Shown: in pieces, positions 36,944 through 50,394 of the stretch
Position numbering within the stretch: position 1 is the stretch's first letter
How the letters are laid out: each line of letters opens with the position of its first letter
From: Phoronis australis
Lineage: Eukaryota > Animalia > Phoronida
Length of the DNA: 64,000 nucleotides
NCBI GenBank assembly: GCA_002633005.1
Contig: NMRA01000162.1
Location: forward strand, 703,761 to 767,760
Direction: 5' to 3'
Translations under genes and position numbers: made by a program
The notes under the pieces: model-generated
What the model was told of the DNA's origin: nothing
The model's database searches: none
What the model saw: the letters and a program-made list of their open reading frames with translations, nothing else

Positions 36944-39892
36944 CTACAAAAATGTGACAGAAAATAGTAAGTCGTATCCGAGGTAGGCGTACAGGAAAAC
37001 GCCGTTTATCGTACAAGCGGGAAATAGCCTGGCTTCCCTGAATGACGGTTGCATTTAAAGGACCAATTATATGTATATTGCAAATTGACTATAGAGGATG
37101 AACATCATAGTGGGAGATCCCGCAGGATTTTACTCAGACTTTTGCATGCAAAAGGTTTTATTGCGTAATTCTACTGTAATTCCCATCCCATTTAAGGAAA
37201 CAGGCTCCTCAATTTGCACAATCATGTGATTTGGTCCTTTGAGTGGGGGTCCAAAATGGAACACATGTCAATTTAATTAACGTTTCGAGTGCAACGTCCA
37301 TTTTGAATTTATTTCATTTAATGACTCCCTAAGCTGATACAGTTTAAGACTTCAAAAAGCCAGGAGTAATTAATTAAGACGCCTACTTAATATAACCGAC
37401 AAGCAGCCTCTTAAACTTTTAGTGCAACAGAAATGTTTTTACAAAATAAATATTTCAGTGGTTTGCAGATCAGATCCCCAATGGTGAACTTGTATAGAAA
37501 AGGATTTGCTACGAACTGGATTACTGGTATGGCTAAATATTAAATTTCAAATGAACAGACATACAATTCATGACATGATAAATTCACAGATATTAAGTAG
37601 TACACAGCTACTAACCGGTTAAAGTCCTGGTCTCACACGTTGATAACCCTTATTACATGGTTAGAGGATGTTACAAGGATCCAAGAAGTACTTACCCCAA
37701 AACTATTACACGATCCTTACTCGAAAAATTTTTAAATGAACGTGCCACTCACGATTCGCACCCGAAGAACCACCGCCATTTTGAACTTGCCACGAACCCC
37801 GAAGTACAATTCATTCAGGAACCCGGGCTAAGAAAACCCGTCAGTGTGAGTGCCGGCAACCGCGAATAAAATAATGGACAGAGCACCTTCATTTTAATAA
37901 AATCAAAACACGGACAATTATATAGAATTTGCTGAAGAAATGTGGCGAATAAATTTTGACAGAAATTATTTTGCCGCAGCGTATAAGGACCCGTTGCAGA
38001 TCGAGATAAGACGCCGGCGAATGGTAAAGGCATGCCGTTGCAAGCTGTTTTGTCGAAGTAAATTGTTCAAATCATAAATGCCGTACATATTCAAAGGTAG
38101 TTTCGGACACTTGCATAAATAACGGGCTGGTTAGTCCTGTGTCACACTGCAGCCCTTAGCTAGCCTCAATGCCAGCTACCAGTATGAAGACTGCCGTCAA
38201 AATACAGCTAGCTTGTTAGTAGGCCCATAGAACTTTCGGCCGGGGCTACCCTTAGGCCTATCATGTCGCTGGCCACAGCGCTCGCTCAAACAAGGTTTAT
38301 TTTGAACTTGCCTACTTCTGGCGCACTGTGCAAAGTTGTTGGCTTTCAACACTGTGAGATTTCCCAGATTTTGTATGAGCGCACCAAGCTTAAAAAATGG
38401 GAATGTCTAGCTTTTATCATAAGATTCACTGAATATGTTAAGAGTTATGAATTGCAGACGCTAAATTTTGGTACTTCCTGTGTTCTAGTGGAATATATCG
38501 TAACGTTTTCTACTTTTTCGGAGTTCGTGCTTCTCTGACTGAGGCAGAACTTTTTTCCATTTCTCCAAACAGGGGCTCGTTTGAGAACATAAGCATGACA
38601 AGTCCAACACAAAGTGGTATCCTTTATTATTCATTAAGCCAAAATTATTCAACCTTTTATCATAATAAGTAACTTAAAATGCACAATAAAAAACAACTAT
38701 TTAACAGCAAAGGTTTCCACGATATGAAAGTAGACATACATGTAAATATTACCACGGTGACCAAATAGTGTTTCCTTAAACCAGAATTTCACATGCATGA
38801 TTGAAAAAATATGACGTTGCAAGGAACAAGAGTTGGAGGCTTGAAGCTTCACAATCCAACATAGCTTATTTCTCAAATTAAGATTATTCTTATTGTTGAC
38901 TTGATAACCTGAATTAAGAAGCAATAAGTTACAAAACATGGCTTGAAAGCAAATGAGACTTAAAATTTAGAAAAAAATATGAATCATTTTGTGATACCTA
39001 ATCAAGCCTTGAACAGCAGTTGATAGTCAAACAGAAAACCATTTCAAAATTATTTCAACTATTTTTTTAGCTTAGTGTAAGATCACCTGAATGGAAAATT
39101 CACAGTAAAATAATTTGAATTATCTTGAATTTTGGCACCAAAAAACAATAAAATTGAAAAAGTTCCATTTTTGTAGCAACGTGTGTCAAATTGAATCAAT
39201 GTTAAATCTTCACAAATTACAAAGTAACAGGTTGAACATGCCATCCAGTTCAACAAAAGTCGCCATGTTGTCGGTGCCGCCAGAAATGAGACGAAGTCCA
39301 ACGATAATTGTGAGCACATTTATCACTTAATGAGTAACAAACAACTGCGAGGCTGAAATTTGGTGAACAATCGTTCAGAATAGTAAGTAAAGATATGACT
39401 CACGAAATTTCACTGTAAATTGTTGGCGAAAACAATTTACACAAAGTTTTAAACTCGTAACTTATGCCGCTGTCCTACAAAAGGCCGACGAAAAATTTCA
39501 CCACAAAAATTGCTAGAACTTAAGAGTGCTTGCCTTGATTTTGATACTTTTTCGATTTTAACTGAGTAGGATGCACTCGTTTTCCGACGATAGGAGAGCA
39601 CTTTTTCAAAACTAGAAAAGAAAATCAAAACGGGAAAAATTGTTACGACTCGTATTGGTTCTTAGGTTCGACCGCCCTACTGTACTTAAAGTCACTATTT
39701 CCTTTACTTTCGCCTTCTTAGATCACAAATTGAGCTTTGCCAATCGAAAGATATCACTGAAATTAACTCTTTTCGTAAATTACAGCCATGTACATACTCT
39801 CGTTATTTTACTATTAGTTTTTTAAAATTGATAAAAAGTGGGCGGACCTTCAGCCAAACCTCATTATTTATTCAGGGTTGCCAGTGGCTAGA

Positions 39893-39964
39893 TTACCCAT
39901 AATGCACACGAATTAGCTGCGGAAGAGAAAGATGTCAAGCACAAGCGGTCGACTCGAGGTGAGT
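39893..39964 (+). promoter_or_regulatory. Candidate promoter with STAF/ZNF143-like and ETS-like sites, followed by a short ATG exon
   Basis: TTACCCATAATGCAC, then GCGGAAG, then ATG TCA AGC ACA AGC GGT CGA CTC GAG|GTGAGT (MSSTSGRLE, 39932-39958). Confidence 0.35.
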
Positions 39965-42900
39965 TAGGTGTTTTGGGACTTCTTGCCAGCTAAACAAGAA
40001 ATCAGAATGTACAAACATTTGGAAATCACCGTGACAGCTTGATTCTTACTCGTAAACAACAAGATTAATTTGTTCTGAACCTCGGTTCCCTCAACAATTT
40101 CTGTCGCTATCCCGAGTCATTCGAAGTCGATGTATCCGTGTACTTGTCTATATTACATAATATACAGGCTACAGCCTCGTGAGTTGTGTTCAATTTTAAA
40201 CCTGCAATCGAGTCTTAGTGTTTCATGACTTCGTCGAGCTTAGGTTGTAAACGTTTCCTCTTCTGGGAGATTATGTACAACTCGGAAGTGCACGATATCA
40301 GTTGCTTACGAAAAATAAGTTTCCTGCGTGACACTGTGATGTTCAATTTCCAGGCACTGGGACTTCAATTATAGAGCTCTGGACCTGGTGCATGGGGTAG
40401 AAACGATTCCTTGGCTGCATCTCTAAATTACTTTGGCGGATCGAGGATACCATAAGGGGGGGGGGCAACATTTTGTATTGGGCAAGTGTGGTTTACGGTT
40501 GAATGCGAGAACCCAGCCCAAAAAATTGGGTTGCTTGAATTTCTGGTCCTCGCACTACAAAGCTAACAGTGGAGTAAAAAACAAAAAATGAGAAGGCATT
40601 TACGCAGGTCCCCTGATACGATCGGGTGCGACCCCCCAAATCAAATCTCAGCAGCAAATCCCATCCAAAACCAACCAAAAAATGTCAATTTACAAAAGTA
40701 TTGGTGAGTTCAGTCTGCAATAATGAAAATAATTCTATACGTTTTGATTGTCCTATACAGGATGTCAACCCCAATCAACCAGTTGCTGTTGTATGTAATT
40801 TATTTACAAGAGACAAATGTTCCTTATCAAATCTACAGTAATGCGAAACCGCATGGTAATATATTTTACCAATGCTTTCAGGATTTCCAAGTGTTTTGCC
40901 TGGAGAAGGTGTACTTGCCTTAGACAAGCTGCAACGAAATGTGATGACACTGAAGCCAGATACTGATCAGAATGCATCTAACTGACATCAGGCATACAGA
41001 AACTTTATCTTGGGGCAACATGGACATCTTGGGAGACATGTGGACAGAGTTTCACAGTTGTGTTTGGACAAAAAATATTCACAGACTTTATTGGGACATA
41101 CAGGCTACACAAAAGTTGTAGCTGAGCACTGAAACCTGCTTGTGCACAATTGTTACTTTGTGAGATGAAAGCACAACTGTNATTAACGCCAATGATGCAT
41201 CAGCAGGTGACAGAAAGATGATTGGACAAAATTAACAAAACAATATAACCTTTCAACAGACATAGTCTCCTGGTTGTTTGGCCATGACCCATAATCAGAA
41301 GTTGCAACATTTTCTGACTTAAAGTTCCATAGCAATGACCAATCGCGAGTAATCTGCTACTCATGTAACACACCTTACTTACAAGCACAACATCTAACCC
41401 AACAGCATAGCCATTCAAAATATATGTTGTAATGCTCAACATCATCACTCTCAAATTCAAAATTTCTAAATGCAGGTTTTAATATGAATGTGAATTGCCT
41501 AAGCAGTAAAACATCACTAAAAACATAATTTTACGTAACACAGAAGCTTTATGGTGACCCTTGTATACAAATATCCGCCTCTCTATGACCCACCTGAAGA
41601 CAAACCACTGACTGCACATTTGGCGGAGAAAATAGTTAGAATAAAGAAAACTATCCAATGTTAATACAAGTTAAACTGGTATTACCAGATGTATCTTACT
41701 CACCATGTAGAAAGTGTTTCTGTAAACCAAACGCTCCATAAAGATATTGTTTGCACAAAGTTAAGGTTCAGGGCTTGGAATGATCAATGACAGGTGATGT
41801 ATCATTCCACAAATTAATACTAGGGTCTTTGATAGAGATTTTTGGTATAGAAGTCAAAATAATGATCAAAAAAGAGACATAAAAAGGAAATTGGAAATAT
41901 GATATTAAGGAAATCGAAACCAAAAGAGAGTAAATCCTCTTAAAAGAGGAAAATTACAAGCCTTGACAGTTTCCAAATTGACACTACACAAACTGCCCAT
42001 GGCAGAGTTTGAAGGTCGATGGCCTGACTGAACATGTTAGCTTCTGCATAACTGGATGTATCATAACTATAAACCAAACTGTAGTACCAGATGATCCTCT
42101 GCAACAAACTAGGACACATGACTGAGTAACACCCAGTTGCCATATCATCTTAAATAACCTCTGTCAGGCAACTTCTTTGACGCATTGACTTCTACTGATG
42201 GCAATCATTCGAAGACGGCAGTGTTGTCAGACAACAAGCGGGAGTCATTTTGCTTTTGTGTTCATGGAAGCAGTGCATGTCTGACATGTCTTTTAATCGG
42301 GTTTTCACAATCATCAGCTCGTCATAGCTTTTAGAAGCCTTCACCGGAATGGACAACCATCACCTGCTCTTCTTGTTGAAGATAAGTTGCTCCCCTTGAA
42401 AGAATAATAATTGTTTCAATGTCATTGCCAGACACGAAAATGAATGCAGCAGCATTGATTTACCCTGAAACATGAAGAGTGTGAAACATATGAAACTCTT
42501 CAAACAATTAGTACATTATGCACCTCTTTCAGTGTTTTAGAAACTTTTTCGAAGTTGTTTCAAACACTGGATAACATCTTTTCGTTATTCAAAATATAAA
42601 AATATACTACACATAGTTAATTAAGTGATTAGAGTTTCACACATTTCAAGAAGAGAAAACAATACAAATAACAGCATTTGTCACAGGGTTGCTGAATTGT
42701 TCCCCACCACATATTAGCATTAAGCAGGTGGTTCATAAACGATTTAAAGAATAGGGCGTTCAAAATGAGTTTTCTAATTAATGAAGGCATCCATGACCAA
42801 TGGCTCTTGACTATCTCTATGACCTTAAGTCAAATGACTGTTATGGTGTGGAATGTTACTGTGTTCTGTAATAAAGTCTATCCCATCTTACACCATGGCT

Positions 42901-45325
42901 TAACTTTCTTATTCGGCCAGGACAGTTAGCTTCCAGGGCTGTTGCTAGCTAAAAAAATGGTACACTTTACTTTGGCGTCCAAAAGCTAAATAGGGCAAAC
43001 TACCTAATGTGTCTAAATTTACATCGGGTTGTGTAGTTGGACACCCTAGATGCCACCTAGACGAAGGCCTGCACCTGGGGCTGCCGCCCAGGACCGAAGG
43101 TCAATGTGTCACTGCTATGCTTATCAGGATGTAATAGTTTTAAAGTCTTTCATAATTTTATATGGTAATGATTTTGAAACCAATCTTAATGAAAGCCTCT
43201 CTCAACCTTTGTGAACACAAAAATAACTGATGTATTTTCATGTCTGTTAGGTCAATGAAGTGAAAATGCTACAGTGACCTTAGGCAACACGTAACCCCGT
43301 GGTTGGTTGCTGGGTTAGATTCGGCATTCGGGGCTATGTAATTGCATATTGTGACCTTCAATATGTGTCTAACACCTGGAGATAGGCCACCTACACCTTT
43401 TTGTAAATACACGAAATTGCATGGGCAAATGCTTTTTAAGTAAAATCTTGATTTTATAAATGTGACCGTGAATTCAAAGTCAAGGCTGTCATCTAAACTT
43501 CAGCACAAAATACAAACAAAACTTCCTTCTTGAGCAGTGATGAAGTGGTAAAATTTGTGGTAAGTAGGTGCCAAAAGCCCACCGTATCACCTTGAGCACT
43601 GTACGGTGCGTAAGCGCTACCTTCAAATGCCAAAAGGTGGTTGGCTGCACCTACGTGCGTCTACGCCCCACTACAGCACTGTTCTTGAGACATCATGCGA
43701 CATAACACGGAAACATTGCATGGATGGAAATAAACACACAATGTACACCCACACAGGACATGTGGAGCACACTCGAACATTTTTAATCCATATGTCACAA
43801 TTTTTGGTTATTTAAATCATCTCCCATTCAAGAAACAATCAAATTCAACTTTCTTGTAAGCATCGCAGGTGGTCTTTTTGTCATAAGCTGCACTGATGTA
43901 GCCTTGGGGACATAACAGGACATGGCATGGCTTGTTCATTGCAGAAAAGGCCTTCCCACGTCTTCTCATCTCAATTTTGTGTTTGCCCCTTTGTTTCTAG
44001 CAGAGTCCTAAATTATCACTCGCTTTAGCACTACCCCGCTAATGGCCACTTACAATTTAGTTTTAAACCCCTGTTGAATACTGAGTCGTGGCCACACCAG
44101 TAGCCAAAATGCATGTTTGGCTCAGCTATATTAATTACCTTGCATTGCCAGCTTCATCTTCCAGGACTGTCCTGCTGTGATCCTTGACAGCTAGCAGAAT
44201 TCTGGTAAGCCGGTACACAAGGCCTTGAGAGTAGCAAAACGCTTGCCAGAGTACATAAGAATCAGCAGGTTGAGAATTCCCAACACATCTCTTGTTCTAC
44301 AACATAAAATCAAATCCATGTTAGGCGAGATGGCAATTGGCTGCTGATACCTTGGTAAAAACAATACACTTTGTGTTGCTGTTAACATTACAGAATGCTA
44401 TAATGTGCCATTATCCAAAGCTAGAATACGTACCTGCTGTTGATGGCGAAGCATTCGTCAGCAATGTTAGGTTCTTTTGAATGCATCATGGTCAGATGAC
44501 CCCTTCTCAAGTCATTTGTCTTCATCAGCACCTTCTAGTAACTCCCTGCTATGCAAGTTGAAATTGCTGGCATTTGTCAGTGGAGCAGTCCACTCATGCT
44601 TGTCTGTCATGACTGGTGCAATGTCCTGAAGAACAACAAATAACATTAATACAAACCCAAATTTGGGAATATCCAGACTACCACTAGCAGGGTGCATTGA
44701 CTATCAGCATGTCCTGTATACAACCACAAGACTACACAGTTAGCCTTGAAGAGAGTATCAAAAATAGGACTAACTGGTTACGTACATGTATAGACTGCCA
44801 GTCAACATAAACAACCACAAGACTAGTTAGTTGTGTAGGGCTGCTAGAGTATCAAGACTAGCACTAACAGGCTGTATAGACTGTCAGTCTCTATACATGT
44901 ACACACTGCAAGATGACATGTATTCGCAAAAGAGAGAATTATTAAATGATTATTACTCAAGGATTGCTGTTATGCCTTAGATCACACAATGACACAACAA
45001 ATCTTAATTGGTTTCAACAGCCCTTACCTTGAGTCCCCTTACTTTTACATGAGAAACACTTGTAAATGTGGCTTCTTTGTTTAATCAAATTAATCCACGA
45101 CACAAGTGGACGAAACCGAGCCCAAGGGCTAAACAACTAAAACAGTAAAATAACGGAAAAATACTTAGTCAAAGACACCAAGGATTTTACTACAGGAATA
45201 TTGTAATATCGGTGTTCTCTATTATGTACTGTTAGGCAGTAAAATAAATCTACCATAACATTCTGAAAACTTTATGATTAGCATTGCTGTAACAAGTGCG
45301 CCTCGGTCATTCGTTGACGACTTAC

Positions 45326-45476
45326 CTGTCGAGCAAAATCTTTCCTTACTGAGACCGTGTAACAGCCATCTGGGATTGCAGATAAGTCCAACACCCAAAC
45401 TGATCTTCATTTCAAACTTTACGGCGGTAATAATCAAGTTGAGGACGATCAGCAAGCCTTTTCAACGGAGGACAAC
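45326..45476 (-). pseudogene. Candidate Sushi/CCP-like exon with a frameshift
   Basis: tag acceptor and GTAAGT donor. Starts CPPL and ends ICNPRWLLHGLSKERFCST in another frame; 151 bp is consistent with one indel in a phase 1-1 exon. Confidence 0.4.
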
Positions 45477-46994
45477 CTACTGAATCTTATACCGAACGCC
45501 TGCCATTACTTGTTTGGTATGCGTGAACTTGAATTTTGCTTAATCTGAAGATCGCGTATGCGTGAGCTCTTAATTAAATACACATTAAAGAAATCTGGTG
45601 AAAATTTTGTTCAATGTAGCAAATCTCTGTAATTATTGGTTCCGTTCACTAATTATATAAGCTTGAACGTGGTTATTTGCGTGGGTATTCCGAGTTCACG
45701 TAGGCCGGTATACGATCTTGAGATTAACCAAAATTCCAAGTTCATATTCGACACTCGAATCTTCAATTGACACTTCGTTCGGCATCCATTTATTTCTTGG
45801 TGCACCACACAAAATGAAAAATTAAGCTAAAAAAATCTGTATTGAATTCAGTTCACTATAAAAAATTCGATGCCATGGCGAAGGCTGTTATTTGGGCTTA
45901 GGTTTCAAATAAAAGTGTTTGCGTAAAGATCCGTTTCATGAATTTTTTAACAAAAATGAAGCGGAAATAGTGCCTATCAGGAACTAAACACCAATGCTTT
46001 TTTTAACATAACAAGTACGTGTAACATTCCAAAAAATCTAGGACCACTAACTACAAAGTATAAATACACTACACACACAAAATAATCACGAGATATTATT
46101 AATAAAACAGAATAATGAAGATTTCTCGAGCAAGCGATAGCACATGCAGTTACAAGGAAAAAATGACGGCGTTCAGGACAAGTTCCTGAACTGATGAGCC
46201 GGAAATGTGGGTACGGAAATAGCTGATGACAGCCGGTAATTATGCGCTCAAAGAGAAGGGACATATACTGTTAAAATCGATTTTGGCAAGAAAGGCGAAA
46301 ATAATATAAAGGTAGGGTATCGAAAATAAGATTTTATGTAGTAAGTATTATCGAATACTGGAACCACATGGGCAGTTTGAGACCAGGACTTTAAAAAACG
46401 ATCTATTTTTACTTTCAATTACAAAAAAAATTGTTTTTGAAAATATATGTCAGCACAAATCCACTACAAGAAACTCAATTTTCCCGGGGATTTGTCTGAA
46501 CCTGGAAGGCCAATGAGACCATGTTGTAACAGAGAAAATTGTTCTAGAAGGAACAGAACGGAAGCTACAAGAGCCAACCCTATGGTAAGTCGTTTAAACG
46601 AGAGCTATTCGTCTTCCTCACCAACGATTGGTTGACTAACTCGTGCAGTTAGCTGGCTGCTAGATGGAAGAGGGAATTATTTGGAGGTGATGGGAGGTTG
46701 GATTCAGACTTCGTTGCGCAAAACTAGATTGGTTTCTGAATTCTTATCACCCGGAAATCGACACCAGTAATCCTACAGAAGATTGAGGCACACGAGTCCA
46801 CATCTGGCAACATGATCATATCAGTTTCTGACACCCACTTTCTAGTGTTGCTCCGACAACATTCCCAGGTGAGAATGGAGTTGGGACTAAGTTACAAAGT
46901 GACTACTGCAACATGCCCAGCTATGCGTACTGCACTCCCTGGTGCACAAACGTTCACTCCCTTACAAAAATGAACTTAAGTTTTTCGCTGTGCC

Positions 46995-47450
46995 CGTATT
47001 GGTTGACAAATTAGGGAAAAAGGTTATTCGCAATATTACCTCTAGTCATTTTAATGCCCATACTGATCCTTCATTTAAGACTACACAGATACTCAAAATA
47101 AAAGACTTGTATGTTGTTGCTATTATTTTTTTCTACAAATATGTTCATAAGTACTTACCTTCATTTTTAACACGTTCAATTTACGAACTCGTGGGTCTGT
47201 TCATGAACATTACACTATACAACGACATCTTTTACATACATGTACTCCCTGGTGTTCAAAATCATTTGCTGAAGATTCAGTTCGAAATGTCCTACCTGAT
47301 ATCATAAATAACCTTCCTGAAAGTGTCTCACCAAAAATTTACCCATTCGTTATCCTCTGCTATAAATTATTTTAAGAATGTTTGTTTTGAAAATTATCAA
47401 CTTGAACGCACTATTCCCAACTGCTTTGTGTGTAACTATTTTCGATAATC
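46995..47450 (+). mobile_element. 3' end of a CR1/L2/Crack-group LINE
   Basis: KKVIRNITSSHFNAHTDPSFKTTQILKIKDLY....FFYKY....LP is the typical ORF2 C-terminus. Confidence 0.75.
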
Positions 47451-47529
47451 TCTCCCAGTCTTTACACAAGTAGTTTTAAAGTACATTATCACCTAATTTT
47501 TATAGTTCTGAGCCCGGTTGCATAAAACA

Positions 47530-47814
47530 CGGGAGCGGAGAGCCGATACAACATCAGCCAGGGCATCAATCGGAAGGGCGATCGGCGTTTCGAAACGCCG
47601 TCTTGCAATATTGCACCGCGAGGTTACGCTAGAGCCAAACAAAGATGCTCGAACTGTGGCTTCCTGTGTCATTTTACATCACATAGAAAAATCTTTTAAT
47701 GAGCCGGAGAAGCTGGACGCACGCGACATCAACCAGCCTGCGCCTCTGCGCTATGCCGACCCCCAGACAGGCAGAGGCGTGCGTGATCACGTCGCTCGTA
47801 CGTTCTTCATTTGA
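47530..47814 (+). pseudogene. Harbinger nuclease, C-terminal part only
   Basis: ARASIGRAIGVSKRRLAILH.E..LEP......ASCVILH corresponds to the R..IER.FG.LK.RF..L...AC.ILHN segment. It is fused directly to the left TIR. Confidence 0.8.
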
Positions 47815-47820
47815 TTACAT

Positions 47821-49292
47821 ACAAGAGCAAGGCAGAGCGTGGAAATGCGCCCACAATTGCACCGTATACGGTATCCCTCTAGGGTTGTTTATTGGTGCCA
47901 TAAAGTGGCCAGTAGAGGGCATATATGTAGTATGTTGTACTTTGCAAAATGGAAAGGCATGGTCATCGTCTCCTCAATAGGCTAGGGACAAAATGTGAGT
48001 GCACATCCTATACATCAGTTGCTTAAAGCACCACTGAAACAGAATTAAAGACAAATTTACCAACATACGAGATAAGCACAGCATTGGAGTGCCAGAAACA
48101 ATTTCTACTTGGAACTTTTCCTTCATAGTCACGAAGTAACACAAAGTATACACCTGAAGACCTATGAAAATACAGAGGTCAATGTAAAATACTAAAATTG
48201 CCACTAAAGGCATGTCGGTAGTCAGAATCATCCTAAAGTCGTCATCGTCCGTTTTCAACATCACATAAATACACTTGCAAAATTTAGTGAAGATCCTGCA
48301 AACGGTTTGGGAGATACAGCCATGGGCACAAAAAAAACTGCCACTAGGAGGCGCCACATTAATCAAATTCATGGGAAATTCAGCGTCAACCGTCCTCTTC
48401 ACAGTAAGAACATACATGCCAATTTTCACAATCATACTTAGAGCGGTTTGGTTGATAGAGGGGTGGACGCCAAAAAACTGACTCAAAAACACTAAAAATG
48501 GCCACTGGGTGTGGCAAGCTATGTCGAATCCATCCGAAAACAGGAGGATAGCGTCATCGCACCAATAGGTGCCTACATACCAAATTTCATGAAAATCCGT
48601 TAAGGACTTGTGAAGATACAGAGGTAAACGTAAAAAAATAAAATTGCCACTAGGTTGCACACTGGAAGGCGGATCCGGCCAAAAGTCGTCATCTTCCGTT
48701 GTTAACCTCATATCAATATACTTGCACAATTTCTTAAAGATCGTGGAAACAGTTTAGGAGATACAGCCATAGGCGCAAAAAATTGTCACTAGGAGGCGCC
48801 ACAGTAGTCGAAATAGTCGAAAATCATCGTCAACCGTCCTTTACATAGTAAGCATATATATGCCAATTTTTACATTCATCCTTTGAGCGGTTTGGTTGAT
48901 AGAGGGGTGGACGCACAAAACAGACTCGAAAACACTAAAAATGGCCACTAGGAAGCGCAAACTATGTCGAATCCATCTGAAAACGGAAGGATACCGTCAT
49001 CGCACTAATAGGTGCCTACATATCAAATTTCATGAAAAACCGTTCAGGACTTTTGAAAATACAAAGGTAAGCGTAAAAAAATAAAATTGCCACTAGGGGG
49101 CACACCGGTTGTCGGATCCGTCCGAAAGTTCGCACATGCCGTCCCATTTATATATGGAACACATGTGCCAAATTTCATGAACGTATGTCAAAGGGTTTTA
49201 GAGATAAAGCAGCGGACGCCGGACGCCGCCCGGACGGACGGGCGGACGGAGATGACGGCATAATGCGTCCACACATAAATATGTGGGCGCAT
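47821..49292. mobile_element. Helentron-type non-autonomous element (HINE/pearl-like) with an internal satellite array
   Basis: Absent from Harbinger copy 1 and inserted at an A/T-rich site with no clear TSD. Monomers of about 140-160 bp marked by AAA[AT]TGCCACTAGG form a higher-order unit of about 443 bp; a (GGAC)n tract and hairpin ATGCGTCCACA..TGTGGGCGCAT lie at the end. Confidence 0.7.
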
Positions 49293-50394
49293 AAAAATTA
49301 AGGAGCGGGGTTTTCCGTAGATAAGCGCACCCTATATGGAACGTCCATGTGTATTCATTTGGAAAATTATGCTATTATTATTTGGTGTTGCAACTTCGTC
49401 AACTGTCCATGAAGTGGGGCGCTTAGGTGAAAATTTTCCTTTTAAAAACCCACTTAGGGTCAATGTTTTGTCAATTTTTTGGAGCATTTATCAATTATAA
49501 AAACTAACGAAGTGTTGCCGAGCTAGGCATTTATTAACGTAAAATTTATAAGAACAGTTTTAAATAAAAAAATCAGCTACGAAACCTCATAATCTAGGCT
49601 ACGTTTATTCAGTCCATGTCAATGTTTCACTTAAAATTACATATCGCGCTTCATGCTCATATTTACGTATTCAAAATTATGACTTTCTGTTTACACACCC
49701 CGTTTCCCGGTGTTTCATTGGTGTTACTAACTAAATGCCAGAAAATTTTCAAATTCCGAATACACGCCTAGGGGTTTATCTACGGAAAACCCCGGTAGTA
49801 GTCAGGTTTACCCGAGTGTGGGTATGATATTATGTTTTGGTTTACCGTGTTCGCCTTATAAGCACCTGGAGCACTTTCAAAAATTTGTGTCGGGATGCGG
49901 TGGGGGAGGGGCGCTTATTGTAGCCCAAGGAGCTTGAAATACAGTCTCCGAAAAAGGTGAAATCAGAAGCTAGGATTCATAAAATTAACGCTCTGCGACG
50001 TATATGTTACATATTACAGACTTGCCACAAAATTGTGGTCTATTGCTACCGAAGTTTCGTTGTTACATTGCTCTCCTTTTTCAGAAAAGTGTGGGGAAAT
50101 CCCAGCCGACTCATGCATCGCTGCCTCGCGAATGTCGACTAACAAAATTGAATTCTTGATAAAAATACAGTTTCGACTCAACAAATTACACGAAATCTTT
50201 CTGAGGTTTTCCAAATAGTCCCTAAAATTTTTAATTTCCTGTCGAGTCGGGATTCAACGCAGATTAAGTTCAAATCTGCGCTAGATCTTACAACGCATCA
50301 TGAGAAAAATCTGGAGGAACCCACATGTTGATGTCACGTGACTTTCGCTTTGAAGTTTGGCTGCAGGTGTGTCAGTTCCGAGTGAACGAGATTC

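Noticed and set aside
40860-44700. Possible Gypsy integrase and RTE/LINE scraps
   Set aside because: Too degraded to support a call by eye; includes one ambiguous base at 41181.
47974-48729. 251-aa hydrophobic ORF on the minus strand
   Set aside because: It lies within the satellite array of the Helentron-type element, and its internal peptide repeats mirror the DNA repeats; treated as spurious.
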